A stretch of DNA of 64,000 bases from Paramoeba atlantica. Taxonomy: Eukaryota > Protista > Discosea. The notes beneath the pieces are model-generated. The model had not been told where the DNA came from. It saw only the letters and a list, made by a program, of their open reading frames with translations, and searched no databases. The DNA lies in contig CDRNVI010000015.1 of NCBI GenBank assembly GCA_977017575.1, positions 1-64,000 of the forward strand. Reading direction: 5' to 3'. Below, one piece after another: positions 22,901 through 33,465 of the stretch; position 1 is the stretch's first letter, and the number at the start of each line of letters is the position of its first letter. Made by a program: the position numbers and the translations under genes.

Positions 22901-23564
22901 CCCCCCGACCCTTCAACACGCCATGGCCGCACAACAGGCTTTACTCCAGGAAAATCTCCTCCAACACGTTTGCAAACTCGATCGTGAAAGTGTCCTCCTT
23001 TCCCCTTCCTCGAACAATACAACAACAACAACAAAAGAACCACAATGCACAAAGCGCCCTTTGTTGCGTCTCCCTCTCTCCCTCTCTCACTACCAAACGG
23101 CAATGCGCGAACTCACCTCTCACCAAACCCTCTCCCCTTCTCGAGTCATACTGTGTCCCTGGCTGGTGCTTCCGGGTCTAACGCGTCTCACACCCCCAAA
23201 CAGCGAATCCTCGTTTTCCCTTTTTTCTCCTTTTTCTTTTTTTTCTTCTTCTCTTTCCTTCAACCTTATCCCTTCACTTTCCATCTTACTCCATGCCCGG
23301 AGCTGTTCCCGGGACCCGGAGCAGGCGAGGCTGCTGCTTCACCTCTGCGGGGTCCTGGGGAGCTACCCCGTGATCTCGTTGATCCGCGGGAGGTATGCCA
23401 CCGACAGGGAGGTGGTACGGGAGGCCGAGGCGACCCTGCGTCAGGGGTTTCCCGGGGTCGGGCACCCCGCAAGGCGACTGGCGTTTGAGGCCGTCCATTT
23501 GCTGTATAGGAAAATGGGGGGCGTGGAGGAAGCGGGGGGGGGGGTGAAGGAGGTAAGAGGGTGA
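19968..23564 (+). CDS. Large multi-zinc-knuckle protein with CID-like N-terminal helical domain
   Basis: Six CX2CX4HX4C knuckles (CANCRVPGHRIGKC, CNLCLSIGHAIENC, CIHCLSRVHFSTDC, CTECRMYRHSESRC, CYACGDVGHQVDGC, CTHCQHVGHLPTSC), one C2HC-like finger, and RLGAWYLLDVLLK. Confidence 0.75.
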   Translation: MVDAKKKRKILNARRGLSHDQTSFSTSDEDNESQQLDENSSRKRGKKVSMSFFLQCCAHFSDSLSRHSKKVLEKNLEFAQENIHKNGQEIAIAVLGRIIESGPGRDRLGAWYLLDVLLKKETTQYPIAKKILPVIQDVIRYRFDIGDDDFGAKYITLLSSWRALLEPSIYAAWYDATRYAMKRHGEQLALSEEVRRFLFLHKAYVVEQLRRLRQPAKVRWAIGIYEIYGLKFSEKENEPELLETLNQKKALVEAEELRRAHATLKSVRFCANCRVPGHRIGKCPEHFCNLCLSIGHAIENCTAQHKCPYCQQTLPPSLEMKTGKAKLFKHVREGCANQTTFAIETLQKLGFPWKKYVMKQSTLLDEVIKKIRQDRTMEEGLRKDALNQSALILHSFGILRRHGSLEFLEEARDPIMFLVSNPPLCTLTEVEESGTTAMIDVRLTECASKRELLRMLSNRYKQVIENLLFYVAHDSLTTADVEAIESTKRFQLYLGYANPKNAKTFDAYVEALSRQGIRPEQLREALTRTHALSDNLCIHCLSRVHFSTDCPSRVQDELRYDQRLAVNCLTRFGWQTEHQPNLEKWNRKIQQSSDILSPSQTVELSMATSIVTDPLDPVPYCTECRMYRHSESRCHKRALQFLESHDIRLCEILFFPWKVSEMLEKWYDRDKELWERMYTAVELYVPEKEPNAFIMAAELLDACGLKLQTIQYYLSSVERALHHPGLLDVLSGTYLNATGKKLTLPSLKYAFSVVTSSGFPTLCYACGDVGHQVDGCPQPPRYMKHLIQRAREVARHSVHLLERCIRRDTTGAKETMPEDTRRAVEDLFACVQNLRPTAEVLIYGTHHMEDLQEAFFVLRSHGLTWEDVINDDPCVHSLLRTLYHNRSSHLRDVEQALDVLRHCSNRPPFCTHCQHVGHLPTSCPLLQPPSLEPIVRSMDKALEALPLTVDEIYESTPEAVYQIQKNARKTAMKTMSAFPPTLQHAMAAQQALLQENLLQHVCKLDRESVLLSPSSNNTTTTTKEPQCTKRPLLRLPLSLSHYQTAMRELTSHQTLSPSRVILCPWLVLPGLTRLTPPNSESSFSLFSPFSFFSSSLSFNLIPSLSILLHARSCSRDPEQARLLLHLCGVLGSYPVISLIRGRYATDREVVREAEATLRQGFPGVGHPARRLAFEAVHLLYRKMGGVEEAGGGVKEVRG

Positions 23565-23885
23565 TGGGGTTCCGGCAGGGAAAGGGGTAGAGAGGGATTC
23601 GGGGGGGGGGGGTAGAAACGGGGAATGGGATGGGTTAGTCTATGTTTACGGGAGGGGGATATGGATGGGATACAATCAAGCGTGTGGGATTTCGCAATTC
23701 TTTTTTTCAAAGGGGGGGTTTGTACTCCCTTTTTCACCTTAAACTTTACTCACACTGTTCTTACCCTAGTTTATAAAAATTGCCGAGCAAACATCACTAT
23801 CCTCCAGTACAAAGTACATTGTTTTATAGTAAAAGAAGAAGATAGCTACACAACGCGAGCCCTATTTTTCTTCCGTTTCCCTCCC

Positions 23886-24527
23886 ATGCAACCCACCTCC
23901 CCTCTCTTCACCCTCTCCTCCACCCCCATCCTCTCCCGCGCCCCCTCCCGTCCCAACACCGTCTGGGGGCTCAAGCCCCAGTCCTGGACGGATTTCGCGT
24001 GCCCGACACGTCTCGTGAACTGGGGCAAGCAATCCACCCCGGACTACAACGTGCGGATCGCCGAGCACGGCTTCGGGTCCTCCCCCAGCTTCGAGGGGCT
24101 CGCGGTGCTCCCGCAGGAGTTTGCCTCCCGCTTCGGGATGCTCAAAGACTCCCCCCACGGGCTACGGTTCTGCACGAACGAGACCATGGCGCTCCGGGTG
24201 TGTATGGCACAGCGGGGGGAGTGTGACGCCCAGCACAGTGCGTTAAACTCCTGTCTCCAGCGTGTCCGACCGCTGCGGAACGCCATACGAAGTGCCAAGG
24301 CGGATTACGAGGACTGGTTCCTAGCGAATACCAGTGATAATTACACCAAACCGCTGATGCATCGTCCACAGGACTGGATGGCACAGCGTGCCGCGGAGTT
24401 TCGTACCATGCGGCACAGGACGGGGTCGCTGACGTGGCAGCGGTACCCGAAGACGTTTAAGTGGTTGTCGTACCGCACCCGGGAGGCAGGATTTAGCAAG
24501 AGAGCACGGTACCCGTGTAATGCGTAG
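23886..24527 (+). CDS. mS37: Mitoribosomal small-subunit protein mS37, kinetoplastid type (CHCH domain)
   Basis: Twin CX9C; WGLKP...PTRLVNWG, DWF..N.SDN.TKP..HRP.DW and C-terminal G..KR.R.P.N resemble remembered T. brucei mS37. Confidence 0.72.
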   Translation: MQPTSPLFTLSSTPILSRAPSRPNTVWGLKPQSWTDFACPTRLVNWGKQSTPDYNVRIAEHGFGSSPSFEGLAVLPQEFASRFGMLKDSPHGLRFCTNETMALRVCMAQRGECDAQHSALNSCLQRVRPLRNAIRSAKADYEDWFLANTSDNYTKPLMHRPQDWMAQRAAEFRTMRHRTGSLTWQRYPKTFKWLSYRTREAGFSKRARYPCNA

Positions 24528-24785
24528 GGCTCCTGGATTGTTAGACGAAAATATCGCAAAATGTACCCCGTCGGTGTGTGAAAACAGGTCAAGAATCAGA
24601 ATTATCTGCATGTGCATAGTGTAAGAGTCAGATCATTTTTATGATGTGTGTGCAGTGTAAATGATAATTGAGATACGCGAGCAAAAGAAAATAAGGCAAA
24701 AAATCATGCCAAACCTGATCAATGAATCATGATTGAAACACTTCATCTGTCAAACACATGTTTCCCCTAACTTTTTTTACTTGCA

Positions 24786-25427
24786 ATGACAACCTCAGCT
24801 TCCTCTTCCCTACCCCGTCCTGCTTCACGCGACGCTAATTTCGATTGTAACATTTGTCTCGACACTGCGAGTGACCCCGTGGTGACGCGCTGTGGTCATC
24901 TCTACTGCTGGAGGTGTCTCGCCTCGTGGCTGACACGGCAGTCGGACTGTCCGGTGTGTAAAGGGGCTGTGCGGGTTCACGAGTGTGTGCCGTTGTATGG
25001 GCGAGGGAGAGAACGGGGCCATTTGCCTCCCCATGCCTTTCACCATGATCACCCAAGTACGGACCCCGGAAGCAGCCGTCATGGAGAAAATAATGCAGAT
25101 AATGCGGAAGCTCCACCGGTACACGAGGACCGACCACAAGGGTTTCGTCGTCCGCCGATTCGGCAAAGATTTCGACCCGAGATATTTGGTGGATGGGGTG
25201 ACGAAAACGGATTGGGGAGGCCGCTCCACGGGGGGCTGGCAGGGTTTACGTTCTTCTTCCTACCCTCCGTTTCGTGGCTAAGCTTTTTGCTGCTATTGGG
25301 GCTAGGGTGGCAGTATTATGTACGTCACAGAGAAGGGCGGATGCACCGTGGTTGGATCGTGGCGGGTATGGTACTCGCTTTTCTGCTGTTGATGTGTTTG
25401 ATCTGGTTAACGGAGTTTGACGAGTAG
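24786..25427 (+). CDS. RING E3 ubiquitin ligase, RNF5/RMA1-like, membrane anchored
   Basis: [31 protein letters not shown]...CPVCK...VPLYGRG and C-terminal hydrophobic segments. Confidence 0.85.
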   Translation: MTTSASSSLPRPASRDANFDCNICLDTASDPVVTRCGHLYCWRCLASWLTRQSDCPVCKGAVRVHECVPLYGRGRERGHLPPHAFHHDHPSTDPGSSRHGENNADNAEAPPVHEDRPQGFRRPPIRQRFRPEIFGGWGDENGLGRPLHGGLAGFTFFFLPSVSWLSFLLLLGLGWQYYVRHREGRMHRGWIVAGMVLAFLLLMCLIWLTEFDE

Positions 25428-25943
25428 GGAACTTGTAAATAGAACGAAATTGGGATGTTTTTGATGTGTGTACAAAGAGTCAGTCACCGTTTACATCATC
25501 TCGTCTTAACTTGTATCGGCGGCGATGAAGATCTCACATCGTTCGCCGTGGTTTCACCTTTTCTCAGTTAAACTGAGATGCTCCTTACCCGGAAGCCCGC
25601 ATTGTTTCTTTTACAGAAACTGGTTTGAAAACTGTTTAGTAACACAATTCACACTTTCAAACTTTTGATTCAGAGGCACGACGGCTACCGCGCTCGGTTA
25701 GCAGGAAAGATTGGTATTTTGTAAAACCAAGGAGACTGTTTATGTCTTCATTGGCATGAATTGCCATGAGTAGCCATGTTTTTGCTTTTTGCTCTACTGT
25801 CCTTTTTAGTAAAACTGTATGTCCGCGTTTACAGAAAAATATAGTCGAGTTTGAAATTTCTACACTCAAAAACAGATTCCATGCAAATTTAAGCGTTTAC
25901 TTTTATAATTAACCTGTTGTCTTTGTAGCACACGTTTCTTCCA

Positions 25944-28532
25944 ATGACCGATCGCGCCCCAGAAGCCAGTTCCCAAAAGAGTACCCCACTTTGGAACTCC
26001 AGCACAGTTACGAAATGCTCTTGTTGCGGTGAATTCGTGTGTCGAAATCAACGCAGCATCCCACGTAAGGAATCGATTCGTCAAGCACTCAAGGATCTTG
26101 AACTACACACCTCACACTATGCGATTCGACAAAAGACTCTTCTACGGCGTTGCGTCGACGAAGAAAGTCAAATCCGAGATCGTATGCTAAAAGCCGCTGG
26201 GGCCTTTTTTGAAAAAGCGCACAAGATGAAACATACGGATGAATTGCTTGTATCCAAAGTCGTTGAGGTGGAGACCTTGTTTAGGGATGAAATCATGCTC
26301 CGATTTGTTCAGAATTTGGAGAACGTGTGGATTCACTTTTCAAAAAAGCACTATGAGGCCATAATGAGCGAGAAATCTAGGAAGTTTCGGGTTCAAACGA
26401 TACTAGAAGAAAGATCTGCTTTTGAGGAACTATTGGGAGCGCATCAGCAGAGAAAAACAATCCTTAGTCTCCTTGAGGTTGAAAAATTAGCTCGTCAATC
26501 CATTGATGACGCGGAAGCAGATGAATATTGCGACCTCTCAAGCGCATTCCTTCAAATAAAGTCATTTTACGCGAAAATTCCTGAAGCTACATCAGAAGAG
26601 ATCGTTCGACGTCACGAAATTGTGAAAGAAGAGGACAAGCTTAGACAATTGTGGGGACAGGAATTTCATCGTCGCAAGCTTCATATCGAGCAAATAGCTG
26701 TACGTCATCGCGAAGAGAGATCTACCTGTGAATGGCTCTATTTTAATCAGCGTACAATCATCGAGCGCGAGGCACACCGCTTTTTCGAACGGTGCATTGT
26801 TGATTTTGCAGCTGAAAAGAGTTTAATTCTGGAACGCGCCGAGTATTTTCGAAAAATGCGAAAGGAGCTCGTGCAGCTAGAAAATCAGCACAGGAAAAGT
26901 ATTGCCGAGGAAGAACACGAGGCAGTCAGCACATTAAATCGCTTATTCAGTGTAGAAATGGAAAACGTGTGGAAACAGCTTGTGGAACGTGCAGCAAGGC
27001 ACAAAGGTCAACGCGGCGTACTCGAAGCAGTAGAACAAGAAGGTCGTGCGCTAGTACTCGACGAAATGCATTTAGAGCATAAGTTTATCGAAGAGTGTAT
27101 CTTGCCATGTTCACGGGATCTTATTCCCCTGTACTGCCAAATTAAAAAATTGCTCTTTACATCCTCGTGGGCCGCCTTCGTCTGTAGTACACATTTGGAT
27201 CTTCCGCTGCAACACTTTGCTGCAAGTTTATCCGAATTGAAATTACTCGAACAAAAAGAGCGCGAACTCACACAGCAGCGTATAATCCAGCGAGCAAACG
27301 CTAGGCTCAGTTTGTTTGAGGAAGAGGCCAAGGTACGAGAGCAGCTAATGAAAGAGTGGGAATGGCATCACTGCAATCTGCTACACAGCGAGCAAACTGT
27401 GAGAGACATGCTGCGTGAGGCTGCGGCTACACGTGTCACTTTCATTGCATTGGAGTTCGAGCATCGCAAGGAACTTGTTAAATTTGAATGTGACTCCTTC
27501 ACTTCCGTAATGGAGGAAATGCTTCTCGATGCATTGCATCGCAAAGAATGGTTGAAGGAATGGGCAGATAAGGTTTGTACAGTATCAGACGCCTACCACT
27601 CGCAACATGGCGAATTTGCAAAGTCAATTTATGAAAAGTATGAGTTACTGCTGCAAACAGAGAAAAACGACCGAGAAGAAACTTTGCACAAATTATTTAT
27701 AAAAGAGTGCAGCGCCGCGAAAATGAGCTTAGCCACGGAAGAGCATGTCAACCGCTCTGGTCTAATACAGTCGAGCGAAAAAGCTATCCAAGAACTATTC
27801 GAAGGATTAGCTGCGGCGATTCGTCAAGAAATCGAGCTTCTCTACAAGCGACATTGTGCTGAGCAGGAGGAGTTTTTACTCTACGAGGGGACGTTGCGAC
27901 AAAAGGTACAGATTAGTCAAGAAAAAGAACGGAAAGCTATACGCCACGATGCGACTACTCAACAAGAAAAGGTGAAGGCGTTGGAGTGGGAACGCCGACG
28001 AAACGAAATCATGACTCGATTGGCAGAGCAACCTCGAGCAGAACACAACCATGAGGAAGATATTTACGTTCCTCGAATCCTCACCGAGTCGCATCAAATA
28101 CTCATGGATCAGTGCTCGTTGTCTCGCCCAGATGCGGAGGATATGGAGGATGAGGTGGCGCATTATATTGTAGTACTCTTGCAGCGCGCACGGAATTTCG
28201 AAAAAGATGCGAAGTTGCGCCGTGATACCCTCCAGCAGCAGTGTGAACAGCTCCGACGTGAGATTCAAAGCGTCAGTGCAATGCAAATGGAGCAGTTGGA
28301 GACCACACGGAAAGCAGAAGAACAGTCGATACTTTTAAGAGAGCGCTCGGAAGCACGACTGAATGCTGCATACGGAAACAAGAAAAAAGAAGAGCAGCAG
28401 ATCACTGTGGAAGAAAACCTACGGGCGGAGACCAATAGGAAATTACAAACTTTGAGATCGGAGCTGGAGGATAAAAAGGCTGAAAAGCATCAATCGATAA
28501 TGAGGGTAGTTCGAGGGAAATCCGTAAAATAA
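25944..28532 (+). CDS. Long coiled-coil hypothetical protein
   Basis: 862-aa ORF with recurring E..xR..I..EE helical pattern. Confidence 0.7.
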   Translation: MTDRAPEASSQKSTPLWNSSTVTKCSCCGEFVCRNQRSIPRKESIRQALKDLELHTSHYAIRQKTLLRRCVDEESQIRDRMLKAAGAFFEKAHKMKHTDELLVSKVVEVETLFRDEIMLRFVQNLENVWIHFSKKHYEAIMSEKSRKFRVQTILEERSAFEELLGAHQQRKTILSLLEVEKLARQSIDDAEADEYCDLSSAFLQIKSFYAKIPEATSEEIVRRHEIVKEEDKLRQLWGQEFHRRKLHIEQIAVRHREERSTCEWLYFNQRTIIEREAHRFFERCIVDFAAEKSLILERAEYFRKMRKELVQLENQHRKSIAEEEHEAVSTLNRLFSVEMENVWKQLVERAARHKGQRGVLEAVEQEGRALVLDEMHLEHKFIEECILPCSRDLIPLYCQIKKLLFTSSWAAFVCSTHLDLPLQHFAASLSELKLLEQKERELTQQRIIQRANARLSLFEEEAKVREQLMKEWEWHHCNLLHSEQTVRDMLREAAATRVTFIALEFEHRKELVKFECDSFTSVMEEMLLDALHRKEWLKEWADKVCTVSDAYHSQHGEFAKSIYEKYELLLQTEKNDREETLHKLFIKECSAAKMSLATEEHVNRSGLIQSSEKAIQELFEGLAAAIRQEIELLYKRHCAEQEEFLLYEGTLRQKVQISQEKERKAIRHDATTQQEKVKALEWERRRNEIMTRLAEQPRAEHNHEEDIYVPRILTESHQILMDQCSLSRPDAEDMEDEVAHYIVVLLQRARNFEKDAKLRRDTLQQQCEQLRREIQSVSAMQMEQLETTRKAEEQSILLRERSEARLNAAYGNKKKEEQQITVEENLRAETNRKLQTLRSELEDKKAEKHQSIMRVVRGKSVK

Positions 28533-28841
28533 CATTATTCCTGTTGAATAACTAAACTTCTCGTCACGTTTCTGAAAGAAATAGATTACTATCCATCTAG
28601 ATACAGTTTGGTCCCACTTTCCTTAGATTACTTGTCATAGATGAAAACAGGGGTGTATTTATTCGTGTAATGCAATACAATACAAAGGAAATATTTTGAC
28701 TAACACGCTACACGTGTACTAACCACACTTTACTTGAGTGTACGGCAGATTTTTCGTGAGTTGGTTCTAAAAAAATAGTTTCTTTAGTTAGTACCTACTG
28801 CATTAGAAAACGTACCCCCTTCATGCGTGCATTTCAATCCT

Positions 28842-29582
28842 ATGAAGAAAAAAACGGAGTCCCGGAGCGACGATGAAAAAAGCGCCCTTCTGGATGTAAA
28901 ATACGCATGTGAGGCGGCGGAGGCCACTATGAAATGCTGGGAAGATATTTCTCACGAGATTTCTAAGGTACTTCACCTTTACATCAGTAGTGCAGCAAGC
29001 ATATTGCCGGACAGCAAATCGCTTGAGTCAAAAGTACTAATCAGCTTGTCCAACAACTGCACTACGACCGACGAATTTTTAAGACAGGTTTTTTCACCGA
29101 GAAAAAAGTTTTGGAAACAAATAATTCCTTCAAGAACAGAGAGAAATTCTTGTGAAGGTTCATCATCCGAAAAAAATATTTCGAGCTGCTTAGAGAAACT
29201 TGCTACTGTATGTTCTTGTTGCTTACAGATTTCTTATGCTCTTTCTCACGCAGCAGGAAACCGATTTCACGAGAATAGTGAAATCAGAGATTATTTTCTA
29301 CGTCTGTTTCGCAAAGCGGACAATGTTTTTAAACGTTTTTGCGAATTACTTCGTCAAGATTTACTTGCACAACATGAACTCCTGCTCGAATGGAGTGACG
29401 TTGGAAATGCGCATCTGTGTGTAATCAATTACGAAGAAGAGTGCAGTGCAGCTGGTAATATCCAGCTTCCTGAGCATCTTATTCGTGAACGAGAAATCAT
29501 AATAGAAAAGAAGGTCAGCAATACAACGAAATGCAAGGACTTGTGTAACGAACTCAAATCGTGTGTAGAATGTATGTCATAA
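28842..29582 (+). CDS. Hypothetical protein
   Basis: Long open frame on the coding strand; no motif recognised. Confidence 0.55.
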   Translation: MKKKTESRSDDEKSALLDVKYACEAAEATMKCWEDISHEISKVLHLYISSAASILPDSKSLESKVLISLSNNCTTTDEFLRQVFSPRKKFWKQIIPSRTERNSCEGSSSEKNISSCLEKLATVCSCCLQISYALSHAAGNRFHENSEIRDYFLRLFRKADNVFKRFCELLRQDLLAQHELLLEWSDVGNAHLCVINYEEECSAAGNIQLPEHLIREREIIIEKKVSNTTKCKDLCNELKSCVECMS

Positions 29583-29720
29583 ATGAGTTGAAGATTCGTA
29601 CAACGCCGTTCGACCGAATAGAAATATACAGTACAGGCTTACACTGTATTAATGTATGCACCGTCCTTGATGATTTTCTATTGTAAACATTTTTTTCTCT
29701 ACAGTTTTGCCCTTAAAGAT

Positions 29721-30401
29721 ATGCCCAAGAAGAAAACCTTCAAAGAGTACGATTTTAGTGATGACGAATCCGTTTCGGTGAAAAGACCAAGAAAACGATC
29801 TGCGAGCGACAACCACACCCACAAGTTTTCCGTTGCAAAGAAAAAACGAAAAACGCACACACTACAGCTCCACGTACCTGGGGATCCCGCATTCGCCCCT
29901 CATGCAGGGCCATGTGAGACAACCCCAATCGATTGGGTCGGCACGACTTGTCGATGTTTGCGTTGCGAAATTCTCCGACTACACCAACGTATCGCTCAGG
30001 CGTCTCATGTAGCCCTGTTCGATTTAGATAATTTGGGGCACCAGGCAAGTTGCTTGCCTCAGGACCAGTCCCTTCCCGCTGGTTTACTCCCGTGGGGATT
30101 TAGTGGTCCTGCCTGCGTAGTGAAGGGTAAAAATATGTGGACTACACCGTGTGGTCCGGTCGATCAGGCGGCAGATTTTGTAATGGTCCAACTGATCAGC
30201 GCTCTACTGACGCGGAGGCAGCCCCCTGCTGTCTTTGTAATTACCGGGGACAAAGGTCTACTCACGCAGGCCGGAGAAAAAGGAGCCACTCCCATGTCCG
30301 TTTCTGATCACGCAGTTTCCTCATTACGAAATGTATGGCAGGACATTCTTGCGCAATGCTTAAATAATAAAAGAGCTATTTCGCGGGATGGTCCAACATA
30401 A
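29721..30401 (+). CDS. Hypothetical protein with possible PIN/NYN-like domain
   Basis: Acidic motifs VALFDLDN, AADFVM and VFVITGDKG in PIN-like order; basic N-terminus. Confidence 0.45.
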   Translation: MPKKKTFKEYDFSDDESVSVKRPRKRSASDNHTHKFSVAKKKRKTHTLQLHVPGDPAFAPHAGPCETTPIDWVGTTCRCLRCEILRLHQRIAQASHVALFDLDNLGHQASCLPQDQSLPAGLLPWGFSGPACVVKGKNMWTTPCGPVDQAADFVMVQLISALLTRRQPPAVFVITGDKGLLTQAGEKGATPMSVSDHAVSSLRNVWQDILAQCLNNKRAISRDGPT

Positions 30402-30692
30402 ATTATTTTTGTGCCTTCTTTGAGGGGGAGGGGCGCTTAGTGCATTTTTTCAAAATACTTTTCTACAACGCGTTAGTATTTAACAAAAAGAGAACAAATA
30501 GACAAAAACGTTGGTTTTCCTTCACCTGAAGGTACCAAGAAAGTATTGAACCATACTACCACTGTCTTACACTCATTCAAGTCTATCTATTCAAAAATAC
30601 TTGTCCACATACAGTGCATGTTTGGGGCATGAGTCTTGAAAAACTCTCCAGAGAATACAGGAGTTTCGCCCTTATGATGCTCGGATACCATC

Positions 30693-33074
30693 ATGACCGC
30701 AGAGACTACTAAAACCGAGGTAGTGAATCCTGAAGTCATCAAGTGGATCAACGACCACCTTAAGGATGATCCCACAGATGCGGTAAGACTTGTCCGGGAA
30801 GCAGAACAAAACCCAAGAGCAGAATTCGAGGATACGAAACGCTCACCAGAAAATCCTTCTCAGTTTCCTGTACATTTATCTTCCAAAGCAAAAGAAATGA
30901 CAAATACTTTGCAAAATTTAAGAAACGCTGCTTGTAGGATACACTCGGATGCTAAAGAGTTGCTTCAGAAAGCTAAATCTGTTACCGACCCATTGTATGA
31001 TCTTGTACAGCTTCGGAAAAAAGCTCACGCTTGTTATGACCGAGAACGCAAATTGGGTGCTCTTCAAGAAGCTTTGCCGAGGTTCTACGAAATGTTGGAA
31101 ACCAAAGATTACACTTCTCTTTTTGCGGCTATTGAAAAATTGAGAATCGATAAAGTAGACATGGCACTAGATTATGTCAACACAGAGACTGAGGGGGGTT
31201 CCATAAAACACAAGATTTGCGATTTCTTTTCTCATTGTGCCTCCGAGATTGAGGAATCATTTCGTTATTGTATGCTCATCGACACGGTTCCTACAATAAA
31301 AATTCACGAAGAAGTGAGCTCACCAACTGCAATGCAGCCTACTGTAGACCAAAGCAGAGCGATAACGGATGCGATTGTGAAACATGGAAAAGCATTCTTC
31401 CGTCTTGCTGGTATATTTGGGGATGTATTTTGTTTTAAAATTGTCCAGGAATTAGTTCTTACGCATCTCGACGCGTTCAAAAAAACGAGAGAGAGCTACG
31501 ATATGTACGAAACTTCTCTTTACGAACGTATTTCGTGTCGCATTCAATGGTTTGAAATGTGGGCAGAATGTTATGAAAAACAATTGTCACAAATTTGTCC
31601 TTTGAGATGGGACGTTGTCCGGCAGATGGTCTACGAATTTGCTGCCTACCTGGAGCGGTACCTTCGAAAACAAGTTACTAAAATTCTGACCACAGCAGAA
31701 ATCAGTTCACGCGACATCGCGGATGTATCTAGATGCATTCAAAAATTTGTTACGGAATGGGAGGCTCGCAGTTCGGTTTTGCACGGTGCCTTGATTGAAG
31801 TTGCGAATCGTGTTGAGAACGCAGACCCCAAAGCCGAGTTAGCCACATACCCCCCTATTCGCAACACACTTCCTTCATTACTACATGGCTTAGAATCCTC
31901 GCTTCACCCACTTGGGGAAATATTCGTGGCCAAAGAGGAGGAGCTCTTTGCGTCTTTTATTGCAACTACTAACGAAGGATTATTGACACAAGGAACACAA
32001 GTGGCCACAACATGTTTAGTACTGTCAGACAGTTCTTGGAACTCGCCACGAATTCTGCAATCAGCGGATAATCTTGCTAAAATGTTTTTACAGTCACTCA
32101 CGGCGACGTTCGAAATAAAATTTGAAAGCTACAGCGAAGAACTCTTTCATGTTATGGACTTGAAGCTCAGCGAATACATTGCCATATTAAAAATGTTCAC
32201 CGGTAAATACTGTGCGAAGGAAGCAGGGAATATAGTCTTTGTGCTCTTGAATTCTTTTACGTTTCTTTTTAGCGTCATGCAACATTTAGAAGTTATGTTG
32301 CACAATCACGATATGAGTGCTTTTGGTAACGAACAATTATGGAAGGAAAGCACCTCGCTTTTGCCACGAACGTTTTCGAAGATTTTTGAGAAGTACACTG
32401 AGCGACGTGCATCTGCTCTCGTTCAACACTTAGAACAATTAAACAATGATAAGATGTTTTCGCAAAACATAAAAGACGGTACCCTAGGAAACAATTTTGT
32501 TCAACCGTATCGCCGATCCCTTGAAAAATTAATGACAGAGGCCCGTAGCAATCTACTCGAGACGCTCTATCGTTTTATACTTACGTCTACTGTGCGCCAA
32601 TTGACCCCTCAATTGATGAAATCAATATTAGGCATATCCAGCCTCACAGTATCGCAATACCAAAGTCTCCAACTAACTACTGAATTCCTTGAGAAGGCGT
32701 TTATTGCAATCAGCGCATTGGATTCCATGGCTTTTCTTCAAAAAGAAATAAAAAAAGAGTTTAGGCCAGTTTTCCATCTTTTGCAAATATTGAAATGCAA
32801 TACCGGTCCCGCACTAGTACAGAGTTACCTTGATCTCATTCCATTGCCTAGGCGTAGCATCTTAGAATTCAGTGCAATACTCGACACAAAATGTGCTTCA
32901 CGGATGGATCGACTTGCTGCAATCGAAATTTTGAAGCAGTTGAACGTTCACGAATCATCAGCAGAGGCGCCGACATTCATTTCTTCTGTGCGTGAAGATA
33001 CTGCTGAAGATAATGAAAGCGGTGTCTTCATCTTAGAGTCGTGTACTTTGAATCTCCAGTCTTATTTTCTCTAA
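30693..33074 (+). CDS. VPS53: GARP complex subunit Vps53-like
   Basis: N-terminal coiled coil; RIQWFE...YEKQ...ICP.RWDV.RQMVYEF; C-terminal S..EF..ILD.K; about 790 aa. Confidence 0.65.
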   Translation: MTAETTKTEVVNPEVIKWINDHLKDDPTDAVRLVREAEQNPRAEFEDTKRSPENPSQFPVHLSSKAKEMTNTLQNLRNAACRIHSDAKELLQKAKSVTDPLYDLVQLRKKAHACYDRERKLGALQEALPRFYEMLETKDYTSLFAAIEKLRIDKVDMALDYVNTETEGGSIKHKICDFFSHCASEIEESFRYCMLIDTVPTIKIHEEVSSPTAMQPTVDQSRAITDAIVKHGKAFFRLAGIFGDVFCFKIVQELVLTHLDAFKKTRESYDMYETSLYERISCRIQWFEMWAECYEKQLSQICPLRWDVVRQMVYEFAAYLERYLRKQVTKILTTAEISSRDIADVSRCIQKFVTEWEARSSVLHGALIEVANRVENADPKAELATYPPIRNTLPSLLHGLESSLHPLGEIFVAKEEELFASFIATTNEGLLTQGTQVATTCLVLSDSSWNSPRILQSADNLAKMFLQSLTATFEIKFESYSEELFHVMDLKLSEYIAILKMFTGKYCAKEAGNIVFVLLNSFTFLFSVMQHLEVMLHNHDMSAFGNEQLWKESTSLLPRTFSKIFEKYTERRASALVQHLEQLNNDKMFSQNIKDGTLGNNFVQPYRRSLEKLMTEARSNLLETLYRFILTSTVRQLTPQLMKSILGISSLTVSQYQSLQLTTEFLEKAFIAISALDSMAFLQKEIKKEFRPVFHLLQILKCNTGPALVQSYLDLIPLPRRSILEFSAILDTKCASRMDRLAAIEILKQLNVHESSAEAPTFISSVREDTAEDNESGVFILESCTLNLQSYFL

Positions 33075-33077
33075 TTA

Positions 33078-33131
33078 CTGTGACCCCCCCCCTTTATACT
33101 TCGCTGGTCAGAACCCCCACTTTATACTTCG
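33078..33131 (+). mobile_element. Orphan left end of a TA-flanked MITE-like element
   Basis: TA|CTGTGACCCCCCCCCTTTATACTTCG with an internal copy CCCCCACTTTATACTTCG; no matching right end found. Confidence 0.45.
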
Positions 33132-33465
33132 TTTTTTGTGTGGCCCCCCCGAAGGGGGGACGATTTTTTCTAATTTTTCGTAATTTTTCTAAAGTTTTTA
33201 GAAAAAAACAAGAACGTTCTAAGCCTTCCCTTCTAGAAATGGCAGGTGATATAAAAGGAAAGACAGGAAAACAGGATGAGCCGCGCCGCGAAGCACTTAT
33301 GCTTATACCATGTAATGGTAAATTTTGCGCGGATCCTATAAATTCTATGATGCATATTGATACTAAACATTAGTTAAATAGGTACTGAAAGGAGAAAAGC
33401 CTCGCTTAATAAAATAAACAACTTCGTTATTGCTAACAAGCACTACTTGCTATAACAAGTATACA

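Noticed and set aside
29625-29648. TA-CAGT...ACTG-TA as a Tc1 footprint
   Set aside because: Only 4 bp of inverted match beyond the TA, which is expected by chance.
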